Of a DNA stretch of 20,000 bases, positions 11,801-20,000 are shown piece by piece. The DNA is from Scenedesmus sp. PABB004 (taxonomy: Eukaryota), in the NCBI GenBank assembly GCA_014905635.1, contig JABVCE010000014.1:985305-1005304 (forward strand). Direction: 5' to 3'. Positions within the stretch are counted from its first letter, which is position 1, and every line of letters starts with the position of its first letter. The notes beneath the pieces are model-generated. The model was not told the DNA's origin. It saw only the letters and a program-made list of their open reading frames with translations, and made no database searches. Both the position numbers and the translations under genes were made by a program.

Positions 11801-13923
11801 CGGCGACCGGGAGGGCATCGCGCTCGCGCGCCTGGTGCGCGCGCGCTGCGCGCCGCGCCGCGCCGCGCGTCGGGGCCGCGGCCGGGGCGCTCCGGCGCGC
11901 TCGAGGACGGCGCGCGCGCGCTGCCTCCGCCTCTGCCCACGCGCCGCGCACACGACGAGCGCCGCCACCCTCAGCCCTCTCAACGCCCTCTCAACGCCCT
12001 CTCAGCGCCCTCCCACCCCTGCCCCCCTCCCGCCCCGCGACACCCCGCGCGCGCGCAGGCGAAGCTGCACGAGGCCCAGGGCGAGGCGGGGCAGGCGGCG
12101 CACTACTATGCGCTCAACCTCGCCCGCCTCGACGGCGAGGGTGCGGGCGGGGCGGACGTGACGGAGGCGCTGCTCTTCCTCGCTGAGTACGCCAAGGTGG
12201 GCGTGTGTGGGGGTGTGTGGGTGTGTGTTGGGGGGGGGGGGGGGGGGCACGCGTGTGCGGTTTGTGTGCGTGCGTGTGTGTGTGCGCGGAGGGGGAGGGG
12301 GAGGGGGAGGTGAGGTGCCGCACGCCGTGCGGCGGCGGCGCCGCGTGCCGCGCGCACGTGAGGCCGAGCGCGCCGCGGCACACACGCGCGCAGGACGCGG
12401 GCTGCTGGCCGAGGCGGAGGGCTACTGCCAGCGCCTCATGGACGTGGGCGGCCCGCAACATGCGCGCAAAGGCCATACTGCGCGACATGCGCAGCACCAC
12501 CAACAGCGCGCCGCCGCGGCCGCGGCCGCCGCGAGCGCGGGCGGCGGCGGCGGCGCCGGCGCCGCCGCCGGCCGCGGCGGGCTCGGCGGCGCGCCGGTCG
12601 GCCGGCCCGCGCTCGGCGCGCGGCGCGTGCTCGGCGAGCCGGCCGGCGGGCCGGCGGCGCCGGCGGCGCGTCGTGGCTGAGCCAGCTGCAGCCGCAGCAG
12701 CCGGCGGCGGCGGCGGCGCTGGCGCAGCAGCAGCAGGCCCACGCCTCGACGCCCGGCGGCGGCGCGGCGACGCCGGGTGCGCGAGCGGCGCCGCGCCGCG
12801 CCGCGCCGCGCCGCGCCGCGCGGGCGGCCCGCCCGCCTGCCGCGCTGCCGGCCGCTCAGCAGCCTCTGCGTGCCGGCCTGCCCCCCTCCACCCTCACCCC
12901 GCAGGGGCGCTGAGCATCGTGATGGATGACGACGAGGACGACCAGGACGACATGCTGCTGCTCACGGGCGGGCCGCCCGGGAGCGCCGCCACGGCGGCGG
13001 CGGGTTGGCCCCCGCACGCGACGCCGCGCCGGGCGCGCGCTGCCGCTGCTGCACGGCGGCGGCGGCGGCAGCGCCAGCCCCGACGACATGGCGCTGGCCA
13101 CGGGGCGCCGCCCGCGCGCGCGCGGGCGGTGCCGCCGCCGCGGCGCCGCGGCGCGCCGGGCGGGCCGCGGCGCGGCGGCGGCGGCGGCGCCGCCGCTGCT
13201 GTGCCGCCCAGCCCCAGCGACGACGGCGACGCCGACATGGAGCTCGCGGGGCCCACGCCGCACCAGGCGTTCGGGGGCTTCGACACGCCGCCGGGCGCGG
13301 CGGGCGGCTCGGCGGGGCCGCCGCCCGCGCCGCCCGCGCGGCGCGGCGCCGCGCCCCGGCGGCCGGCGGGCCGCCGCGACGCCCGCGGCCGGCTTTGGCG
13401 GCGGCACGCCGTTTGTCACGCCGCCCGCGCGGCGCGGCGGCGCCGCCGGCGGCCCCGGCTGGCGCGCCAACCTGCTGCACCTGCTGGGGCCGGGCTTTGA
13501 CGCACCGCCGACGCAGCCCGTTGGGCGGCGCCGCCCGGGCGGCGGCGGCGGCACGCCCGGCAGCACGCCCGGCGGCAGCGACGGCTGGACGCCGCCCGCC
13601 GCCCGCGCGCGCCGGCAGCGGCCTGTTTGACACGCCCCCGAGCGGCGGCGCGGCCCTGGCGCCGGCGGGGCCCGCCGGGCTTTGCGTTTGCGTCTGCGAG
13701 CTCAACGCCCCACCAGCGCCGGCGGGCGCGCGCCCGGCGGGCGCACCGCGGCGGCGGGCGCGGCAGGGGCAGCGCGCTCGCGGCCGGGCCGGGCGGGCGC
13801 GGCGCGGCGCTCACGCCCGAGGCCGCAGCCGCGGCCGCGGAGCTGGCCGCCTCGCTCACCGGCGGCGGGCGGTGGAGCGCGCGCCCGGGCGGCCGGCCCG
13901 GCGCGGACGGCGCGCCGCTGTGA
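8828..13923 (+). CDS. APC8: Anaphase-promoting complex subunit 8 (CDC23, TPR protein). Exons 8828-9061, 9184-9284, 9439-9505, 9647-9738, 9889-10111, 10276-10398, 10649-10786, 11029-11151, 11371-11482, 11678-11834, 12059-12196, 12394-12776, 12905-~13923 (3' end tentative)
   Basis: Diagnostic CDC23 motifs: ELRARGLGQAAKWAAEQLVGL, YFEAKEYGRAAHVL, FLRCYALYLAGERRREEE, PCNWSAWQAL, DPHRLQGMDTYSNILFVKE, KYSPEACCVAGNYYSLK, AWTLMGHEYVELKN, RDYRAWYGLGQTYELL, RPGDPRMWCALGHCYE, EALLFLA, AEGYCQRLMD. Several small indels are needed after 11040, and the tail frame is uncertain. Confidence 0.93.
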
Positions 13924-14261
13924 GCGCGGCCAGCGGCGCACGGGCGGGCCGTGCGGCGGTGCAGCGGCGGTGCGAGGCGGGCGTGCTCCAGCTCGGCGGT
14001 GCGTCGCGGTCGTCGACCGCTGCCGGCAGCGCGCGTGTGCAGGCCGCGCGGGAGCGGCGTTGCCGAGACTGATTGGCCTTTAGCGCCTGGCGCTGTGTGC
14101 GAGTGCGAGTTGAGCCGGCAGTCCAGCTGAATGAGTTCGCGCCGCTGTTGGCTCGCGCCGCGCCGTCATGACGGCGCCGCCACCCGCGCGCCTGCTCGCC
14201 GGCGCGCGCGCGCTGCTGCCCTGCCCGCTTGCCCACAGCTGGGGTGTCACAGCGAGCAGCC

Positions 14262-16930
14262 ATGGCGCCGCACGACGTGATTGTGGAGGACGCGGACGAC
14301 CCGGGAGAGCTCGGCGTGCACCACCTCGCCCGCAGCAGCGTGGCGCCCAGCGCAGCGGCGCAGAAGAGCGCCCATGGCAGCAGCGAGAGCTGCAGCAGCA
14401 GCAGCAGCACTGAGGACGACGCGCCGGGCTGGCTACGCAGGCGGGTGCTGTTTGCCGCCTGCCTGTGCATCCTAGGTGCGTCGCGGCGTCCTGGCAGCCC
14501 TGGCAGCCCTGGCAGCGGGCCGACAGGCTTGCTGTGGTAGCGATCAGGGCTCCCGACCAGCCGCGGAGCAGGCGGGCCGCCCGCGGCGCGGCGGGAGGCG
14601 CGGCTGCAGCAGCATCTTCCCGCGCCTCCCGCCGCGCCGCGGGCGGCCCGCCAGCTGCCTGCGCAGCTCGTGAGCTTGTTCAGTGAGTTTGCAGATACTG
14701 AGGGAGCTCAGACGTAGCTCAGGCGCCGTTGGTCGGGCTGCAGGTGCCCGATTTTTGGCTGAGCGCCCCACGCCGCCCCGCCGCCCCACGCCGCAGGCAA
14801 CGAGCTCTGCGAGCGGTGAGCGTGGTCTCGGACCTCACGGCAGCTGCGCGCCGTCGGGCGCGGGCGCCGGCACCCGCGCGCGCGCCGGCGGCAGCAGCGC
14901 GGGCAGCGCCCGGGCCCGCGCCGCCGCCGCGACCGCGCCGCCGCCGCGCCGTGCAGGCTTGCCTTCTACGGCCTGCAGACCAACATGGGGCTGTACCTGA
15001 AGAAGCAGCTGGCGTACCCCGCCGACCGCGCGAGCCAGCTGCTGCAGGTGTGGAAGGCGAGCGTCTACCTCACGCCGCTGCTCTCGGCGGGTGAGCGCCC
15101 GCCCGCTGCGGCACGCGCCGCCGGCGCGCGCCGGGCGCCGCGCATGGCGTGATGCGGCGCGCCGCGCTCGCCTCGCTCTCCCCTCACGCGCGCGCGCGCT
15201 GCAAACCCTGGGCCGCAGCTACCTGGCCGACGCGGTCGCGGGGCGGTTCTGGGTGATCCTCGCCTTCAGCAGCACCTACTTTGTGGTGGGGCGCGCGCCA
15301 TCGCGCCACAGCACAGCACGCGCAGCGCGGGCTGCAGCCGGCCGCGAGCGACTGCAGCGCGGCCGGGCCCCGCGGCGCGCCGACCGCGCCGACCGCGGCA
15401 GCAGCGGCGGCCGGCGCGCGCCGCGGCCCCCAGGGCCTGCCGCCCCTGCCACCCCTCCCTCTCGCACCACCCACCCGCACCCGCCCACCCACACCCACAC
15501 CCACGCCCACCCACCGCCACCCACACCCCAAGGGCATGCTGGGCATCACGCTGGTCAACGTCCTCCCCGCAACCGCGCCGGTCGCGGGCGGCGACCCCCC
15601 GCCGGCGGGCCTGGGCGTGGTGCGGGGCGTGTTCTGGCTGTTCATGTACCTCACCGCCCTCGGCAGCGGCGGCATCAAGCCCTGCGTCAGCACCTTTGGC
15701 GGCGACCAGTTCAGGCGCGCGGGCCAGACCAGGAGCTAGCAGGGGCCACGGCGGGGGGGGGGGGGGGGGGGGGGGGGGGCGGCTCGCGCGCGCGCGCGCG
15801 GCGGCGCTCACGCGCGCGGGCCGCGCCGCGCCGCGCCGCGCCGCAGGCAGTCCAACGCGTGGGAGCGCAAGGCGCTGTCGTCCTTCTTCACCTGGTTTTA
15901 CTTCTGCATCAACATCGGTGCGGGCCCCGCCGGCCGCGGCGGCGGCTGCAGCATGCGCAGCGGCAGCGCCCGCGGCGCGGGGGTGCCAGCGGGCAGCCGG
16001 GCCTTGGCAAGGGGCGCCACTGCGGTACGCGGCGGCGCGCGGCGCCGCCCCGCCGCCGCAGGCGCGCTGGTGGCGAGCACGGTGGTGGTGGGCGTGCAGG
16101 AGAGCAAGGGATACGGCGTCGGCTTCGGGTGAGGGCGGCGGCGGCGGCGGCGCCCGCCGGCAGCTGGGGCGGCCCAGGGGCGCTGCGCCGCGTGCCGCCG
16201 ACGCGCTGTGATCACGCGCGTCCGCCGCTGCCGCTGCCGCCGCGCAGGATCCCGACCGCCGCGTTTGGCGGGGCCATACTGCTCTTCATTGGCGGCGGCG
16301 CGGCGGGGCTCTACACGCGCCTGCCGCCCGAGGGCTCTCCCTTCACGCGCATCGCCCGCGTGCTGCGCGGTGCGCCGCGCCGCCGCGCGCGTGCTGCGCA
16401 ACCCGCCGCAGACCCTGCTGCGCCGCAGGCCTGCGCCGCAGGCAGCCCCCGCGCCGAGCCGGCCGCGCCCGTGCCCGCCCACCCGCGCAGGCGCGGTGGC
16501 CAAGCGGCGGCTGCCGCTGCCGGCCGACCCGGCGGCGCTGCACGACCCGCCGCCGGGCACGCCGGGCGCGCTGCCGTTCTCGATGGCCCACACGCGCCGC
16601 ATGCGGTGCGCCGCGGCCCCCCGGCGGGGCGCTGCCGCCGTCCCATCCGCGCACGTGCGACCCGCCGCCGTGCCGCCCCGCAGGTGCCTCGACGCGCGGC
16701 CATCGTGGTGGCGGCACCGCCCGACGCGCCGCGCGGCGCCCCGGCAGCGGCTGCGGTCGGCGCCGGCGGCGGCGCGTGCAGCGTGACCGAGGTGGAGGAG
16801 GCCAAGGCCTTCATCGGCGTGCTGCCCCTCTTCGGCTGCCTCTGCATTTACCAGGTTTGTCGCTGCGTCCGAGCCTGCCTCGCGCTCGCCACCGCCACCA
16901 GCAGGCACGAACGCTCACCTGCCGCCACCG

Positions 16931-16961
<31 letters not shown>

Positions 16962-18456
16962 ACCACCAGATGACATACGACCCCATCTTCACGCTGCTGC
17001 CCTACCCCGGCGACACCATGGACCGGTGCGCCCCGCCTGCCGCGGCGCGCGCCCGCCGGCCGGCGGGGGCGCGCACAGCGCGGCGCACACGCGCGGCCCT
17101 CGCCCAGCACCTCCCCTCTCAGCTCACACACACGCGCGCACACACACACACCACACCACCCCCAGGAGCCTGGGGTCGCTGACGGTGCCGGCGTCGTCGA
17201 TCTCGTTCGCCAACACCTTTGGCGTGCTGCTCACCGTCGTCGCGTACGACCTCGGCGTCGCGCCGCTCGCACACAAGTGGTGACCGCCGCGGCGCGCGAG
17301 CCACGCGCAACGCCGCCGCAGCACCGCGCCCGGCCTGGGCCGGGCCCGCCACGCGACGCCGCCGCCCGCCGCGCCGCCCGCCGCGCCGCGCCAGGCTGGG
17401 CCGGCCGCTGCGCATGACGACGCGCATCGGGCTGGGCTTTGCCATCCAGCTGCTCGCGCTCGCGCGTCCGCCGCGCTCATCGAGGGCGCGCGCTACAAGG
17501 CGCGGCGCACCGCGCCGGCGCGCGCCCGGCGCCCGCGCGCCCCGGCGCTGCAAGGCGCGGCGCCGTCCGCCGACGCCGCCCGCACGCGCCGCGCGCAGGT
17601 GGTCGCGTCGTCGGGGCTGCGGCAGGCGTTCCTGGCGGCGGGGCCTGGCGCCGACTATCTGGACCCGGCCTTCACGCAGCCCATGAGGTGCGGCGGCGCG
17701 CGGGGGCCGCGCGCGCGCGCGCACCCCGTCTGGGCCGCCCAGCAAGCTCGGCCGCCGCCTCCCTGACCGCGCCGGCTCCCTGACCGCGACCCGCCAGCAT
17801 CTGGTGGCAGGCGGTGCCCTACTTCCTGCTGGGCGTGAGCGAGGTGTTCACCAACATCGGCGCCATGGAGCTCTTCTTCACCCAGGCACGCCGGCACGAC
17901 GGCACCGCGGCCCAGCGGCAGGCCAGCCCAGCGGCGGCGGCCCGCGCGCAGCGGCCCGAGCGGCAGCCTCGAGCTTGCCGCGGCGCGGGCGCGCGCGAAT
18001 GCACACGCGGCGCGGGCCCGTGGGCGGCGGACGACGGCGGCTCGGCCCCCGTCGCCGGCCAGCGGGGGTGCCGCCGGGCGCGGCGGGCCGCGCGGGGCGC
18101 AGCCTCGGTCGACGGCGCGCGCGCGCCCGCCCGCCGCGCGCGCAGGTATCTGAGGGCATGCGCAGCCTCGGCGCGAGCGTGTACCTGCTCACGGTTGCGG
18201 TGGGCACCTACGCCGGCAGCGCGCTCAACGCGGTCGTCGCAGCCGCGGCGCCGGGCGACGCGCGGTGGGTGGCAGACAATCCGCTGTTTGGTAGGTACGA
18301 CTGCTACTTCTGGCTGAACTTTGGCATCCTGGCCCTCGGCCTGGGCCTGTACTGGATCCTCGTGGCGCGGCGGTACGCGGAGACGCCGCTGCCGGGCGGG
18401 CCCAAGGCCAAGGGCGGCGGCGACGGCGCGCCGGCGGCGCGGACAAGGCCGCGTGA
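14262..18456 (+). CDS. NRT1/PTR family (NPF / POT, MFS) proton-coupled transporter. Exons 14262-14475, 14797-14815, 14957-15090, 15219-15285, 15533-15714, 15847-15917, 16062-16128, 16248-16369, 16491-16605, 16684-16854, 16970-17025, 17166-17276, 17395-17499, 17599-17687, 17798-17885, 18146-~18456
   Basis: Motifs GNELCERLAFYGL (ExxER), TPLL..YLADAVAGRF, GSGGIKPCVSTFGGDQF, SFFTWFYFCINIGAL, PPEGSPFTRIARVL, VTEVEEAK, RIGLG, MSIWWQAVPYFLLGVSEVFTNIG, SEGMRSLG, GRYDCYFWL. The stop at TGA 18454-18456 assumes an indel near 18438. Other indels are at ~15084, ~16693 and ~17465. Confidence 0.92.
14490..14516. repeat. 9-nt tandem repeat x3 (cctggcagc) at the start of NPF intron 1
   Basis: Read directly, just after the donor at 14476. 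Confidence 0.85.
14571..14652. repeat. Perfect 33-bp inverted repeat with 16-nt loop in NPF intron 1
   Basis: 14571-14603 (ggcgggccgcccgcggcgcggcgggaggcgcgg) is the exact reverse complement of 14620-14652. The loop is ctgcagcagcatcttc. Confidence 0.95.
15753..15779. repeat. Intronic poly-G (27 nt); similar tracts at 9775-9795 (G21) and 11651-11672 (C22)
   Basis: Read directly. All lie inside inferred introns. Confidence 0.9.
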
Positions 18457-18665
18457 CGCGGCGCGCGGGGTGCTGCGGTCGATGTTCCGGGGGCGCTGCG
18501 CTGCTGCGTCGGGCGCGCTGTTGGTTCCACCTCGCGCGCACTCGCACGGGCAATGCTGGCGCTCGCGCGCGCGCCGCGGCCCCCGCTCCTGCGCCGCAGC
18601 CGCCCCCGGCCGTCGCGCCCCGGCAGCCCCGCTCCTCCGGCGCCGCCGCCGCGCCGCCGCCGGCC

Positions 18666-19757
18666 TCACAGCTCGCCGGCGTCGGGCGCCCACACGTCAT
18701 CCTCGGGGTTTTGCAGCCGCCCCGACCTGTAGTCCTCAACGCCTGCGCGGCGGCGCCAGCAGGGGCGGCGGTGGGGGCGGGACACGCGGGCGCGCGCCCC
18801 CGTCGCGCGCGGCCATGCTGCGGCCCCAGGCCCCTCTCCCAAGGCCCCTAGTCCTCACATCACACCTGCGCGATCTCCTCCTGGGTGCTCATCACAAACG
18901 GCCTACGGCAAGAGGGGACAGGGGGAGGCAGCAGCAGCGGCGAGGCCTCGGCCAGGCGCGGGGCCAGCGCACCGCCCGCGCGCCCGCCGCGCCCGCCAGC
19001 CGAGGGCGCCAGCCGCCGCGGCGCGCCGCGCGCCGCGCACCCGTGCTGCACCACCGGCTCGTGCAGCGGCCGGCCGGCCATCAGCAGGAAGCGCAGCCCT
19101 GCCGCGCCGCCGTAGGCCCGCGCCGCCGTCGCTGCCGTCGCTGTCGGCGCCGCCGGCGCCGCCGGGGCCCGGCGCCTCGGCGCCGCCGCCACCGCCGTGA
19201 CGACGTCGCCCTCGCCTGGGGGGTTGGGTTGTGGTGCCGAGGAAGGGGGGGGGGGCGAAGGTTGTCAGCAGGCGCGGGGCGGCGGAGAGCAACGCGCCGG
19301 CCCTGCGCCGCGCTACGCCGGCGGCCCTGCGCGTCGCCGCCGCCACCGCACCGAGCACGAGCGCGTGGCGCGTGGCCGCGGGCGCGCCGCAGACCTCGCC
19401 CGCGCCGTCATAGGCGTACGCAAAGGCAGCGTACTCGCGCGGCAGCGGCAGGCTCAGGCTGCCCCCGGCGCGAGGCGCACGTCGAGCAGCAGGCCCGGGT
19501 TGCGCATCGATACGGGGCTGCGCCCACCACAGCGGCGGCGGCGGGCGCGGGGGCGAGGGCGAGGGGCAGGTGGGCGTGGGGCGGGGCGGCAGGCCGCGTG
19601 GGGAGCCTCGGCGGCCGAGCGGCGCGGCGGCGGCACGCGGCGCGGGGCGCGCACCGGTCGTGCCGTGCACCGTGCCCGCGAGGACGCGCAGGGTGCTGCC
19701 GGCGCCGAGGTCGACGGAAGGGACGTCGGCGGCCTCAACGTCCTGATACCTGGGTGC

Positions 19758-19796
<39 letters not shown>

Positions 19797-19944
19797 GGGA
19801 GGAGGAAGGGGGGGCATGCGTGAGCGGGCAGGGAGCGTGCACGTGGCTGCCAGCCAGGCAGGCAGCCAGGCAGCCAGGCAGCCTGGACCCGCGGCGAGTC
19901 ACCGTGGCCTCATCATCTTGAGGGCACGCGGCAGGTTGACCCAC
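18666..19944 (-). CDS. Pirin (bicupin) family protein, C-terminal part; 5' end beyond window. Exons 19944-19903, 19749-19655, 19517-19352, 19215-19041, 18902-18866, 18742-18666
   Basis: WVNLPRALKMMRPR|YQD, LRVLAG, PVSMRNPGLLLDVRL, AFAYAYDGAG, RFLLMAGRPLHEPVVQHG|PFVMSTQEEIAQ|A.EDYRSGRL are typical pirin C-terminal motifs. TGA at 18668-18666. Single-base indels are needed near 19517, 19465 and 18738. Confidence 0.92.
19762..19793. repeat. (GT)16 microsatellite just upstream of a pirin 3' splice site ((CA)n in the pre-mRNA)
   Basis: Read directly. The acceptor AG is at 19751-19750. Confidence 0.92.
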
Positions 19945-20000
19945 CTGCAGGGGGCGCGGGCGGGGCGGGGCGCGCTCGCAGCGCGCTCGCGGCGCGCTCG

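Noticed and set aside
12922..13923. Separate gene starting at MDDDEDDQDDM
   Set aside because: A phase-compatible intron (12777-12904) links it to upstream coding-like sequence, and there is little room for a promoter. I treated it as the APC8 tail, though this is not proven.
11029..19520. Programmed ribosomal frameshifting or RNA editing as the cause of the frame breaks
   Set aside because: The sites share no slippery motif, include both gains and losses, and cluster by region, which fits sequencing error better.
72..19944. Many long overlapping six-frame ORFs (e.g. 974 aa at 2477-5401, 730 aa at 15091-17283, 705 aa at 17804-19921)
   Set aside because: Stops are rare at this GC content. 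The translations are Ala/Arg/Gly/Pro low-complexity read-through of introns or antisense shadows of real exons.
2477..19944. Possible iron/redox functional cluster (b561 reductase, pirin, transporter)
   Set aside because: The genes are separated by unrelated housekeeping genes on mixed strands, and I saw no shared motif. This fits ordinary eukaryotic gene order.

Overview
Very GC-rich, CpG-rich, intron-dense eukaryotic DNA. It looks like a chlorophyte green alga; a Selenastraceae-type genome such as Raphidocelis or Monoraphidium is my inference, not a database result. Most long six-frame ORFs are GC artefacts. Splicing by hand gives six genes: (1) a 5'-truncated RRM + RS-domain splicing-factor-like gene (+, <1-2002); (2) a signal peptide / Reeler-like / DOMON / cytochrome b561 ferric-reductase-like gene (-, 5735-2477); (3) a 3xKH Nova/BTR1-like RNA-binding protein (-, 8350-6590); (4) APC8/CDC23 with a long TP-rich tail (+, 8828-~13923); (5) an NPF/PTR(POT) transporter (+, 14262-~18456); (6) a 5'-truncated pirin (-, >19944-18666). 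Notable points: a perfect 33-bp intronic hairpin next to a 19-nt microexon that encodes the ExxER motif; 9 of 49 inferred introns with GC donors; introns with complementary G/GT-rich 5' ends and C/CA-rich 3' ends; unusual TM7 substitutions in the transporter; and many 1-2 nt frameshifts that are probably assembly errors. I found no mobile element, RNA gene or CRISPR array, and no clearly novel multi-gene system.
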